The position numbers and the translations under genes are program-made. A stretch of DNA of 60,900 bases from Bdellovibrionales bacterium. Lineage in GTDB: Bacteria > Bdellovibrionota > Bdellovibrionia > Bdellovibrionales > UBA1609. The stretch is from contig JAYQON010000006.1 in NCBI GenBank assembly GCA_038144835.1, forward strand, positions 1,959-62,858. The letters are read 5' to 3'. The notes beneath the pieces are model-generated. The model had not been told where the DNA came from and did not search any database. It saw only the letters and a program-made list of their open reading frames with translations. Shown here piece by piece: positions 28,607 to 38,495 of this stretch (position 1 is the first letter of the stretch; each line of letters begins with the position of its first letter).

Positions 28607-30418
28607 ATGCGAACGAAACAGACGTCGAGACGAGGACATTTTTGGCGAAGGTTATACGTAATTAGGACACTTTTGGCCCTTGGGATTGTCCAATTTGTAC
28701 TCCCGGCCGTCGCGCAGCCTTCATCCAGCTGTGAGTCGCTGCTCACCAAAAAACACGCTTCCGAGCAGGAGCGAGAATACTGGTCCTCGTCACCGGAGGC
28801 TTCCGCGATTCTTGGCGTGGCGCAAGATACTGCGAGTAGGCTGGATGTCGCCGATCAGGATGTCTTAGCGTTACTAACTATGGTGCTGGATGATGGTTTT
28901 GCCGCAGACCCAGACACTCTGGCGATTCGAAAGGCTTACTCTCAATGGCCCGATTTAGCTTTTTTTGAGACCGTTTTTGAAAATGAGTTGCATGAGGTTG
29001 CTCCAATCATAGCCGGACTCTTTTACGTTGCCAAATATAGCCAGGGAGATACGCAAAAATGGTTTCAGGATTTTTTGCAATCAGGGCGTAGAGCTTTTGT
29101 TTTGGCGAGCATTTTGCGTACATATCCACGTAACTCAATGGTGATCAATCCGCAGATATCAAACGACTGGAAAAAATATAATAAAATTCGCGAAGTCTTT
29201 TTGACTCGTATACAACCCCTTGTCCCACCAAATGCGACTCTTCTCTCAATCGCACGTGATTCGCCTCTTCTTCTCAAGGCGCTGGTGTCAGAGGCTATTA
29301 TCACGCGATCGGCGGTAGATCATCGGCGCGAGGTCAATCGGCGCTACAATCAAGCGGGAGGACACTTCTCTACTGAGGACTTAATGTCTGCCGACACTGA
29401 AGATTTTGCTGAATGGTTTATGGGACACTTGCAAAAATACCAAGTTCCTCACAACGATATGAGTGCTCCTCGTGAATGGCGTGAACGGTCATTGTCTATT
29501 TGGCCATGGCTATCGCAACGTATTCTCTCTCCTGATCGTAAGCGATCCGTTTACTCATTAACGGTATTGGCTTTGCTGACAAATCGATTTCTTCGCCATC
29601 TAAAACATGCATTTTCAGATGAACTAGGGGTTCAAGACATTTCCGCAATCCCCATCTCGCCAAAATGGATTCTGGAGCACTTTTTTAGAGAAGAAAATAC
29701 TCCTCCAACGATAACGGCTAGATTTGTCAATCTGATAAGTGCTCTTATCGGTATGAAATTCACCAATGCTCAAACACTAAAAACAACGATTAAGGGTCGA
29801 CTCGCTTTGACGATGGCCACGAAGCTCAAGGAATACTTTCCTGTACCTGTAAAACTCGCATCGGTGCCTTTCGGTGAACATGAAATCAAACCCACGCCTG
29901 CCGAAATCCTTGAATCTGATCCTATCCAGATTGGAGACCCTTCATTTCAAGGTCAGATTGCTGATACAGAGATCAATCTGGATCACGTACCGGCCGAATT
30001 GCCAGGCCCCGAAGATCTATCCAGTCTTGGTGGTGATGAAGCTGATCTTAGTGTTTATGCTGCGGGTGAATTGCCGGTTTCGCAGCTGGTGGCTGACAAA
30101 CTGTATCATGTGCGTTTTGTGCGCACAGGCAACAAATTTTTGGGGCCACAAAAAGTCCTTTTTAAAAAATCCGCGCTGTTTGGCCTACAAACGATGCTGA
30201 CCAAGGAAGTATCGCCTCGCACCTGGCTGAAAGCACTTGAGAGAGGACTTGCTGCCAATGAAGGGCAACGCGGGATCAAGTTCTTACGTGCAAGACGTGA
30301 AAAAGCTCTCGTCAACGGTCTTCCCATTGAATTGAAGCTTTTGCTATCGCCCATGCGACTGATGGGACACTACAAAGATGGCGTTTTTATTTTTGAACGT
30401 ATGCAAGACCCACACTAA
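28607..30418 (+). CDS. Exported hypothetical protein with a possible C-terminal RelE-like domain
   Basis: Signal ending AVA then SSSCESLL; acidic linker; basic C-terminal GIKFL...ELKL...RLMG...FIF. Confidence 0.6.
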   Translation: MRTKQTSRRGHFWRRLYVIRTLLALGIVQFVLPAVAQPSSSCESLLTKKHASEQEREYWSSSPEASAILGVAQDTASRLDVADQDVLALLTMVLDDGFAADPDTLAIRKAYSQWPDLAFFETVFENELHEVAPIIAGLFYVAKYSQGDTQKWFQDFLQSGRRAFVLASILRTYPRNSMVINPQISNDWKKYNKIREVFLTRIQPLVPPNATLLSIARDSPLLLKALVSEAIITRSAVDHRREVNRRYNQAGGHFSTEDLMSADTEDFAEWFMGHLQKYQVPHNDMSAPREWRERSLSIWPWLSQRILSPDRKRSVYSLTVLALLTNRFLRHLKHAFSDELGVQDISAIPISPKWILEHFFREENTPPTITARFVNLISALIGMKFTNAQTLKTTIKGRLALTMATKLKEYFPVPVKLASVPFGEHEIKPTPAEILESDPIQIGDPSFQGQIADTEINLDHVPAELPGPEDLSSLGGDEADLSVYAAGELPVSQLVADKLYHVRFVRTGNKFLGPQKVLFKKSALFGLQTMLTKEVSPRTWLKALERGLAANEGQRGIKFLRARREKALVNGLPIELKLLLSPMRLMGHYKDGVFIFERMQDPH

Positions 30419-30489
30419 TCAAAGCCGATAGTGTATCCCATTCGATGGATGGACAGCGACAAATTTCAAAGTTAGAGTCGTGTTAAATC

Positions 30490-32124
30490 ATGGCGGACAC
30501 TGAAAATAGCTTTGCAAGCCCTAGTCCATCCTCATGGGTTGAAATCGTCGAAAGGCGAAAGTCAATTCCTTCGCGTTTGGCTGTCGATTACATCGCATTT
30601 TTGATGGCTCCTGACATCCTTGCGGATCAGCGAGATGAAATTCAATGGATACACTTTGAAGATGAAAGATATTCCGCCATACCTGATGACCTTTGGAATG
30701 TGGCAGCTGAAAAATGGGCGGCTTTGGATAAGCATTTTTCAGGAAAAACTTCTGGTTATTCTTTGAGGTCCCGTCCTCAGCTTGGCAATGGCCCTGACCT
30801 ACGCGCTTTTTTGAATCTTCTAAAGGAAAGCCTAGAAGGGTTGAAGTCTGAGCACAGACTTTTTTTCTGGAAACGACTATTTCCAAAGCATGCAACTCTT
30901 TTTGAAAAATTTTTTAGCTCAAAAGTTTTTTGCCCCGCTGCTTGGATTGGGGTCAACATACATCCAACTGGTAAGGTTTTGCCATGTTGTGCTTTTAAAC
31001 AAGATCGGCCTTTGGGTGATCTTCGCTCGCAATCCCTCAGCGAGATACGGGCTCGGGGTGGATTTTGGGGGCTGAGACAGAATATGTTTTTTGAACGTCC
31101 AAGCTCCGGGTGTGAAAGTTGTTACGTGAGTGAGAAGTCTGGGGGAGACAATTTGCGTTTGCACTTGCTCAAAACTTTCGAGCATTTTGTGCCATTGATG
31201 CCCGTGCACTATGATTCTCTACCTCCTCTTTTTTACCTGGATGTTCAGTTTTCAAATCTTTGCAATTTTAAGTGCCGTATTTGTTCTCCCACTTTCAGTA
31301 GTCGTTGGAGTGCTGATCATGCGGCTTTGTACGGAAAAAGCTTCTCAACCAATCCTGTCATATCAATTCAGAAAAATGCTCCCCGTGGATTTGAAGAAAT
31401 ACTTGATAATGTTGACCATCTGCACGAGGTGTATTTTTGGGGTGGAGAACCTCTGATTATGCCCGAGCATTACGAATTTCTGGAGAATTTATTGCGTCGT
31501 GGTTTATCGCACGTGCGTCTTCGTTACAGTACGAATTTTTCCCAGTTAGAGTTACAAAACAGTCGTATCATAGACTTATGGAAGCAATTTGCATGGGTGT
31601 CAGTGGGGGCAAGCCTTGATGGATCTGGAGCGCGCGGCGAGTATATGCGTAAGGGTCAAGATTGGAATCTTGTAGAAAAAAATCGTCAAATGCTTTTAGA
31701 GAAAGCCCCTGACGTCCATTTTTTCATTGCTTGCGCGGTTTCTGCATACAATGCTTTGCACGTTGCCGATTTTTTTCAGGAATGGGTTGAAAAGGGCTGG
31801 GTCGAAGAAAATCTCTTTTGCCTTAACCTCTTGCAGACTCCGCGAAGAAAATCCGTACAAATCTTGCCGCCTAAAATGAAGGCGATGGTGGTAGAGCGGG
31901 TGCAACGGCTTATAAGTGAATTTATACGGCCCAGATTTGGAGTGAATTCGGTATCAGAATCTCGTTTTCAAGCGCTGGTGCATTTTATGCTTGCCGGGGA
32001 TGCGTCTGATTTGTGGTCCGATTTTATTTGTTGGAATCGCAGGCTCGATACAATTCGTGAGGAAGATCTTTTTACGGCAATTCCGGAATTGTCGGAGACG
32101 GCTCTTGTGGATTCCAAGCTTTGA
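30490..32124 (+). CDS. Twitch-domain radical SAM protein
   Basis: CPAAW...PCC...CESC cluster, then CNFKCRIC and GGEPL. Confidence 0.9.
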   Translation: MADTENSFASPSPSSWVEIVERRKSIPSRLAVDYIAFLMAPDILADQRDEIQWIHFEDERYSAIPDDLWNVAAEKWAALDKHFSGKTSGYSLRSRPQLGNGPDLRAFLNLLKESLEGLKSEHRLFFWKRLFPKHATLFEKFFSSKVFCPAAWIGVNIHPTGKVLPCCAFKQDRPLGDLRSQSLSEIRARGGFWGLRQNMFFERPSSGCESCYVSEKSGGDNLRLHLLKTFEHFVPLMPVHYDSLPPLFYLDVQFSNLCNFKCRICSPTFSSRWSADHAALYGKSFSTNPVISIQKNAPRGFEEILDNVDHLHEVYFWGGEPLIMPEHYEFLENLLRRGLSHVRLRYSTNFSQLELQNSRIIDLWKQFAWVSVGASLDGSGARGEYMRKGQDWNLVEKNRQMLLEKAPDVHFFIACAVSAYNALHVADFFQEWVEKGWVEENLFCLNLLQTPRRKSVQILPPKMKAMVVERVQRLISEFIRPRFGVNSVSESRFQALVHFMLAGDASDLWSDFICWNRRLDTIREEDLFTAIPELSETALVDSKL

Positions 32125-33352
32125 TATTCAAGTAAGATTGGAATTCTGGAAAAGTGTCGTAAAAACGTTCGCTGCGTATTTGATCAAGATTTTCAGTTAT
32201 TTTTAAAAACTCTGGCCAATGGTGTTGGCCGTCTTGCGCAAGCATGAAGTGCACTACAGCCTTCATCCTTTCAGCCAATATTTGCATTTCTTCTTTTGGC
32301 CAAATAGAACGCCACTTCTCTTCATATTTAATAAACTTTTCTAGTATATTTTCTTTCATTGCTTGTGGTAGCACTTGGATTCGATAATAATCTGGAAAAA
32401 TAAGTGGATTTAAAATGATTTGGGCTGGTCGTAAATAGCCTTTTTGTAACCATTCTTCGTGAAAATCCAGAATGTGCCATCCGTTGAGATTGCTCACGGT
32501 GGAGTTGACAAAGATGTTTAAATTGGGAATTTCATGCAGTAGGCGTTTTCTTTGGGTCTCTACCTTTTTCCAGTCTAAACCTTTGCGGAGATACTCTCCA
32601 CGCGTATGCGATCCATCAAGGCTGATATGCAGTTCAACTTGTTTAAATTTTTTCCACCACTCTACAGCGTCAAAATTCCGATAAGTTAGAGTTGAAAAAT
32701 TCGTATTGTACTTCAAATTGACGTTATGTAGACCGCGCCGATCAAGCTCCGCAAGAATTTTCCAATGGTCTTCCATGAGCATGGGTTCACCGCCGACAAA
32801 ATTGACTTCCTCGAGATCTGCGAGATGCGGTTCCAGCTGATGCCAAAGATCTGTGACAGTGTTGGCCAGCTTTTGCAGTTTGGGCGTGGTACTCAGAGGA
32901 TCAAGCTTTTTGTGGTCTTCGTGCCAAGCGGAGCTAAGTTCAGGACCACAGGTTCGGCAACGAAAGTTACAGATGTTTGAGAACCGGATGTCCCAATACG
33001 CAAGAGTCATTTTTTCGACGCTCCCATTGGGAAGTGTCATCGCCGTGTTGTGTAAGTGATGTGCAAAGCGCTGGTTGAGGTAATTTCTGAATGATTTATG
33101 TCCAGAGGCTTCTAGTGCGTGACAACGTTGACAACTCGGTGGTGCTTTTCCAGCCAGCATATCCCTGCGAATTGAGCGTAATAAATCAGAATTCCAAACC
33201 TCCGTGAGCGAGGATTCACCGAGGTTGCCAGCAACGAATGAAGGGGGTGTCATACAGCAGGGATAAACATTCGCGTTTGGCCACACATGAAGATGTAACC
33301 ATGGACTCACACAGAGATATTGAGATTGGAAGTGGCTCTGGCTTTGTCTCAC
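32072..33352 (-). CDS. Twitch-domain radical SAM protein (paralog)
   Basis: CVSPW...PCC...CQRC, then CNFRCRTC and GGEPM. Confidence 0.9.
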   Translation of the reverse strand: MRQSQSHFQSQYLCVSPWLHLHVWPNANVYPCCMTPPSFVAGNLGESSLTEVWNSDLLRSIRRDMLAGKAPPSCQRCHALEASGHKSFRNYLNQRFAHHLHNTAMTLPNGSVEKMTLAYWDIRFSNICNFRCRTCGPELSSAWHEDHKKLDPLSTTPKLQKLANTVTDLWHQLEPHLADLEEVNFVGGEPMLMEDHWKILAELDRRGLHNVNLKYNTNFSTLTYRNFDAVEWWKKFKQVELHISLDGSHTRGEYLRKGLDWKKVETQRKRLLHEIPNLNIFVNSTVSNLNGWHILDFHEEWLQKGYLRPAQIILNPLIFPDYYRIQVLPQAMKENILEKFIKYEEKWRSIWPKEEMQILAERMKAVVHFMLAQDGQHHWPEFLKITENLDQIRSERFYDTFPEFQSYLNIKAWNPQEPSPTIPELP

Positions 33353-33416
33353 GGTTGAGGTCCTTACGGAAGGTTGTAGGCGCTTAAGACAGTAATATGC
33401 GCTGAGTGTGAAGGAC

Positions 33417-33911
33417 TCAGCGCGCCGAATCTTTCACGAAGCGGCTCATGTAAAAGCGGATAAGATAGTCAATATTGATTGGGTGTTCATTGTAAGTCCA
33501 AACCAACTCTCCAAAAGCTCCCCATGTGGCGCTCAGGCAATCTTTGGGATTGTTGTCCTCAGAAACGCTCGTACCAGGTACATAATTAGCTCCGGCATTT
33601 GAGTAGGCTACGCTAATCATACCGGCTTGGCGCATACTGAAAATCAACTTGTAGCCATTTCTGAAGAGCATAAAATCAGCTTTGGTTTTGGAAATCCCAT
33701 AAATACGAAGATGCCCATGAGTTGCACCTTTGAGTTGATTGAAAGCACTGGCCGCCTCGACAAAGCCAGCTTTCAGGTCATTGATGAAATCCACAGTGGC
33801 ATCTTCAAGTTGGCGAGAAGGATCAAAGCCTGCTTCCATGTCGACCACTCCAGCCTCTTCCATTTGTTGTTCGGCCAGGACAAGCTCTTTGATCCAACTC
33901 ATCTTTTCCAA
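33417..33911 (-). CDS. Hypothetical protein
   Basis: 164-aa ORF with SD AAGGGGG, downstream of ssb. Confidence 0.75.
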   Translation of the reverse strand: MEKMSWIKELVLAEQQMEEAGVVDMEAGFDPSRQLEDATVDFINDLKAGFVEAASAFNQLKGATHGHLRIYGISKTKADFMLFRNGYKLIFSMRQAGMISVAYSNAGANYVPGTSVSEDNNPKDCLSATWGAFGELVWTYNEHPINIDYLIRFYMSRFVKDSAR

Positions 33912-33932
33912 ATCAATCCCCCTTGAAAGTGG

Positions 33933-34379
33933 TCACGCAGGATGCGCCACAGCATTATGATTTCTTGGAGGTTCAAAATTGTCAAGATTCTCCGTCTCCA
34001 TGGTGTTTTCCTTGTTTGCTGTTGTCGAACCGTAGCTAAGAAATTGCACTTGCTCGGCATGGATGGCGTTTTTGTAACTTGTATGCTCCTCGTTTGCGAT
34101 TTCCCAATAGGTGAGCGATCCTTCGATGGCGAGTAAAGCCCCTTTGCTAAGGTAGCGGGCGCAGTTTTCTGCAGTATTGCCCCAAACAAAGATAGAGTGC
34201 CAATCGGTATGGTATTTGTCCTCTCGCTCGTGGGCTTGTTCAAAGCCCTCCTCCTTTGTTGCTTTCAAACGTCGTGTTGCTAGGCGCAAGCGAGTGTAGG
34301 CTATGCCATTCTTTGATCGCTTCAATTCGGGCTTAGCTGCAAGCCAGCCAATCAGAGTCACCTTATTTAAACCTTGCAT
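33933..34379 (-). CDS. ssb: Single-stranded DNA-binding protein (atypical C-terminal tail)
   Basis: LNKVTLIG, TDWH...WG..AE...YL.KG...IEGSL; SD GAGGAGG. Confidence 0.9.
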   Translation of the reverse strand: MQGLNKVTLIGWLAAKPELKRSKNGIAYTRLRLATRRLKATKEEGFEQAHEREDKYHTDWHSIFVWGNTAENCARYLSKGALLAIEGSLTYWEIANEEHTSYKNAIHAEQVQFLSYGSTTANKENTMETENLDNFEPPRNHNAVAHPA

Positions 34380-34557
34380 TTGAACCTCCTCAGCGGTTTG
34401 CTGAAGGACATTGCAAGTTTGTGAGCCAGTTGGACTGTGTGGAGATTGGTTGCGGCAGCTTCAGATGTCCGAGATTCAACATGGTGCCTAGCGGCAGATG
34501 TGGACAGTAGGCCAGTCTTTTCTAAAATGGAGCCCAATTTTTAAAGGAGATAGCATC

Positions 34558-35073
34558 ATGTTTCGACGTTTTTCATTAACAATGGTTTTGCTCTCGGCCT
34601 TGGTGCTCTCTGTCTCGTGTGCGAGTAAGAAAAAGTCTGAGGCCCCCGTGGGCGGAGCTGAAGGGGGGACGATGGACACGAACGTTACGTCCCAAGATAT
34701 GTCTTTTGATCCAGCCGGAAGTGACAGCGGAAATATTTCAGGTTTGAGCACGGTGAACTTCGAATATGATTCCTCAACTCTCACCTCTGAATCGCGCCGC
34801 AAGCTTGCGGAGAATGCCGACTGGATTAAAGCCAATTCGCGAGTAACCGTACAAATTGAGGGTCATTGTGATAGCCGTGGTTCTGTCGAATACAACTTGG
34901 CTCTGGGTGAGCGACGTGCCAAGGCCGTAAAAAATTATTTGGTGAGCCTGGGAATTGATACCAAACGGTTGACGATTCTCAGCTATGGTGAAGAAAAGCC
35001 GATAGCCATGGGAGATACGGAAGAAGCCTATGCAAAGAATCGCCGTGCGAATTTCGTTCCTTTGGCTCAGTAG
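34558..35073 (+). CDS. pal: Peptidoglycan-associated lipoprotein
   Basis: Lipobox SVSC; IEGHCDSRGSVEYNLALGERRA, SYGEEKP, KNRRA. Confidence 0.95.
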   Translation: MFRRFSLTMVLLSALVLSVSCASKKKSEAPVGGAEGGTMDTNVTSQDMSFDPAGSDSGNISGLSTVNFEYDSSTLTSESRRKLAENADWIKANSRVTVQIEGHCDSRGSVEYNLALGERRAKAVKNYLVSLGIDTKRLTILSYGEEKPIAMGDTEEAYAKNRRANFVPLAQ

Positions 35074-35350
35074 TGCGTTTCTTGTAGGGTGTGTGAATCC
35101 TCCACCACCCTACGAAGACTATGCCATTGCCCGTACTGCCGTTCGCTCAGCACGAGACTTTGATAGTGCGCGCTACTCCACCACCACATTGCATAAGGCC
35201 GAAGAGGCCTTTCGCAATGGAGAAAAATGTTTCAAAGATAATGATTTTGAACAAGCTAAGCGTTACTTCAGGCTTGCTAAGGAATTCGCCGAGAGAGCTG
35301 AAAACGCCACTCGTCTTAAGAAATTCAAATCGGGAGACAGTTTTCCATGA
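35030..35350 (+). CDS. DUF4398-like lipoprotein
   Basis: Lipobox LVGC; Ala-rich helical domain. Confidence 0.7.
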   Translation: MQRIAVRISFLWLSSAFLVGCVNPPPPYEDYAIARTAVRSARDFDSARYSTTTLHKAEEAFRNGEKCFKDNDFEQAKRYFRLAKEFAERAENATRLKKFKSGDSFP

Positions 35351-36027
35351 AAACACTGGCGCTGGTTGCGGCTGTGACACTGATCGTATCTGGTTGTTTG
35401 AAGACACGGCAGCAGCTTCGTGGCGAACGCACGGAGCCTGTTTTGCAACGGCAAACTTTGCAGCAGCAAAAAGAACAGTATCGAGAAAAGGCTCCTCCCA
35501 GTGCTTACCGTTTTGAAGAGATCGACGAACAGATGCGTCAGCTTAACGGTCGAGTCGATACTCTCGAAAATCAAGTTTCACAGTTGAGTGCCACTAATTC
35601 TGATCGCCACGAAAACGAGTCAAAAGAGCAAGAGAGTCAAAAGCAGAAATTTCTAGCTTATGAAGAGGCTTTAAAGAAATTGGAATCCCAGATTACAGTT
35701 TTGGGCCAAGAGGTGGAACGACTGAAAACACCAGCACCAAGTGCTGTCGTGGGCAAAAACACGTCAGGAACAAAGTCGGCCTATGATGAAGGTGAAGAAC
35801 TCTTCAGTTCTAAAAAGTGGCGTGAGGCCATTGTGTCTTTCCAAAAATACCGAGACGGCAATCCTAAGGGTAAGTACTATGCCGCGGCGACCTTTAAAAT
35901 CGGTGTGGCCTTTCAGGAACTTGGGATGAGTGATGAAGCGCGTGTTTTTTTAGAAGAAGTGAAAGATAAATTTCCCAAGTCTAAAGAGGCAAAAAAGGCC
36001 GCTCAGCGCATGAAATCACTCAAATGA
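35347..36027 (+). CDS. cpoB: Tol-Pal coordinator CpoB/YbgF-like lipoprotein
   Basis: Lipobox, coiled coil and C-terminal TPR; downstream of pal. Confidence 0.75.
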   Translation: MKTLALVAAVTLIVSGCLKTRQQLRGERTEPVLQRQTLQQQKEQYREKAPPSAYRFEEIDEQMRQLNGRVDTLENQVSQLSATNSDRHENESKEQESQKQKFLAYEEALKKLESQITVLGQEVERLKTPAPSAVVGKNTSGTKSAYDEGEELFSSKKWREAIVSFQKYRDGNPKGKYYAAATFKIGVAFQELGMSDEARVFLEEVKDKFPKSKEAKKAAQRMKSLK

Positions 36028-37058
36028 TTTTAGCTCTTGAAACTAGCTGTGATGATACATCTGTAGCTATTGTCGATCAGCACGGCCACGTGCGATCATT
36101 AGTTTCTGTCAATCAGGACAGCGTGCATAAGCCTTTTGGCGGCGTAGTTCCCGAAGTCGCTAGCCGTCAGCATACAGAACAGCTTTTGCCACTGATCGAA
36201 CGAGCCCTTGAAGAGGCGAAGATTGATTGGAGTAAAGTGAGTGGTTTGGCCGTGACTTCGCGCCCCGGCCTTATAGGTTCTCTTTTGGTAGGTGTAGTCA
36301 CCGCTAAGACACTCAGTATGGTTTATGGGCTGCCCCTGGCTGGTGTGAATCACATCGAAGGACATCTCCTAGCACCACTTTTAAAAGATGGTTCCTATTC
36401 TCCCCCGCGTGATTTTGGCTTTCCATATTTAGGATTGGCTGTCAGTGGAGGACATACGCATTTATTCGCTGTTGAAAAGCCAGGGCATTATTCTCTCCTC
36501 GGCCACACCCTTGATGATGCTGCAGGCGAAGCTTTTGATAAGTTTGCCAAAATGATGCATTTGGGATTTCCGGGCGGTGTGCGGGTTGATCGCATCGCTC
36601 AGGACGGCGACCCAAAGGCTTTTAGCTTACCACGAGGATTGTTACACGAAGACAATCTGAACTTCAGTTTTTCGGGACTCAAAACTGCCGGAATGCGCCT
36701 TATCGAAGGCATGAGTGAAATTGACCGACGAGTTCGCGAAGCCGATCTGTGTGCAAGCTTCCAAGAAGCAATTATTGAAGTGCTTATTGCCAAACTTGAA
36801 AAAGCTGCTCGGCAAACGGGTTTAAAAAATTGGGCCATTACAGGGGGAGTGAGCGCCAACTCGCGTCTCCGGACCAAGGCCGCTGAGAGCGCTTTGCGCA
36901 AAAAGGCCATTTTGGCTTTGCCTCCCTTGAAATACTGCACAGATAATGCCGCGATGATTGGTCTTGCTGGCCTATATAAGATCAAGGCGGGAGAACTGGC
37001 GGGTCAAGATTTATCTCCCAGTGCCAGTTCGTTGCCTGGGGATTGGCGCTCCCCGTGA
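36024..37058 (+). CDS. tsaD: tRNA t6A threonylcarbamoyltransferase
   Basis: LETSCDDT, NHIEGH, SGGHT, DDAAGEAFDK, TDNAAMI. Confidence 0.97.
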   Translation: MILALETSCDDTSVAIVDQHGHVRSLVSVNQDSVHKPFGGVVPEVASRQHTEQLLPLIERALEEAKIDWSKVSGLAVTSRPGLIGSLLVGVVTAKTLSMVYGLPLAGVNHIEGHLLAPLLKDGSYSPPRDFGFPYLGLAVSGGHTHLFAVEKPGHYSLLGHTLDDAAGEAFDKFAKMMHLGFPGGVRVDRIAQDGDPKAFSLPRGLLHEDNLNFSFSGLKTAGMRLIEGMSEIDRRVREADLCASFQEAIIEVLIAKLEKAARQTGLKNWAITGGVSANSRLRTKAAESALRKKAILALPPLKYCTDNAAMIGLAGLYKIKAGELAGQDLSPSASSLPGDWRSP

Positions 37059-37879
37059 GCATGGTTTTTGACCTAAAAGCGCGCCTAGAGGCCATGGGTT
37101 TGTCACCTAAGAAAGCCTTTGGTCAGAACTTTCTGGTGAGTCCATCGGTCATCAGTAAAATTATTTACGAAGTAAAGAATCGAGCTTTCACTGATCTGGT
37201 GGAAATTGGCCCAGGGCTTGGAGCTCTCACAGAACCCTTACTCGCAAACTCCTTGCGACCACTTCTCATCGAAATAGATCCTGATTTGGTGAAGTATTGG
37301 AACGGTCGGGGTCTTAGCGTCATTGAACATGATGCCATTCGGCTTAACTGGGATCTTCTGAATCTTAGGCCCAATTCATTATTGGTAAGCAATCTTCCCT
37401 ATCAAATATCAACGCACTTGGTAGTGGACCGTTGTTTAGGACCAATGAATTTGCAATATATGGTTTTGATGTTTCAAAAGGAAGTGGCACAAAAGCTCAT
37501 GGCGGCTCCCAGGACTGCCGAATATGGCCTACTGTCAGTCATGGCCCAGTCATATTTTAAAATTAGCCGTGTGGTTGATGCTGCTCCACGAGATTTTTAT
37601 CCCGCACCCAAAGTGGCTAGCCGTGTACTTGCTTTTGAAAGACTGCCGGACCCCGGCTTTGGGCACCGTTATTTGACGTTTCTAAAAGGTGCGTTCGCTT
37701 TCCGGCGCAAGTTTTTGTTGAAAAATCTTAAATCCGTGATGGATAAGTCCAGAGCTGAATGTCTGCCGATGTGGCTGCAAGAGTTGGGCTTGAGCGATAA
37801 AGTTCGGGCAGAGGAACTTTCAGTGGCTCAATTTCAGGCACTTTTCGAGAAGGTTTATGGGCATAAAGATCATCAATGA
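37043..37879 (+). CDS. rsmA: 16S rRNA dimethyladenosine transferase
   Basis: GQNFL, EIGPGLG, NLPYQI; true start may be a few codons downstream. Confidence 0.95.
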   Translation: MALPVSMVFDLKARLEAMGLSPKKAFGQNFLVSPSVISKIIYEVKNRAFTDLVEIGPGLGALTEPLLANSLRPLLIEIDPDLVKYWNGRGLSVIEHDAIRLNWDLLNLRPNSLLVSNLPYQISTHLVVDRCLGPMNLQYMVLMFQKEVAQKLMAAPRTAEYGLLSVMAQSYFKISRVVDAAPRDFYPAPKVASRVLAFERLPDPGFGHRYLTFLKGAFAFRRKFLLKNLKSVMDKSRAECLPMWLQELGLSDKVRAEELSVAQFQALFEKVYGHKDHQ

Positions 37880-38309
37880 AAACAAGAAAGCTCGCTTTGA
37901 TTTTGAAATCCTCGAGACCTATGAAGCTGGCTTAGCGCTCACAGGTAGCGAAGTGAAATCATTACGAACGAATGGGTGTACTTTAAAAGACGCATATGTG
38001 GCTTTTAGGGGGAGTGAAGCTTTTCTTCAAAATGCTCATATTCCGGTTTATATGGCCTCGAGTTACAACAATCATGAGCCAGAGCGTTTGCGCAAGCTGT
38101 TGCTGCATGGTCACGAACTTGAAAAAATCCACGCGGCGATCACTGAGAAAGGTCTCACTTGCGTTCCCTTAAAAATTTACTTCAAAAAGGGATTAGCAAA
38201 AATTGAACTTGGGCTTGGACGAGGTAAGAAAAAAGGTGATAAGCGGCAAACTATTAAAAGCCGCGAAGCGGACCGTGAAATACAGAGGTCCTTGCGTCGT
38301 CCCCGTTGA
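37857..38309 (+). CDS. smpB: SsrA-binding protein
   Basis: NKKARFD, EAGLALTGSEVKSLR, RKLLL, GKKKGDKR. Confidence 0.97.
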   Translation: MGIKIINENKKARFDFEILETYEAGLALTGSEVKSLRTNGCTLKDAYVAFRGSEAFLQNAHIPVYMASSYNNHEPERLRKLLLHGHELEKIHAAITEKGLTCVPLKIYFKKGLAKIELGLGRGKKKGDKRQTIKSREADREIQRSLRRPR

Positions 38310-38495
38310 AGTTAGAAACTGCATCCCGGATGTTTGAAAGCTTAAGCCTAAAGCATTAGCTGATTGTGATTTTTCGCTTGGAATCAGAGGTCCGGTCAAT
38401 GCGACCAATGAGCACCAGAGAGGTAGGCCAGTTTCTGATTAAATCACGACTTAGGTCCCCTACAGGACGGTGCTGTTGCGGCTTATTCTGAGACT

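Noticed and set aside
38310..38495. tmRNA next to smpB
   Set aside because: The gap is only 186 nt and lacks the GGGG 5' end, T-arm and CCA 3' end.
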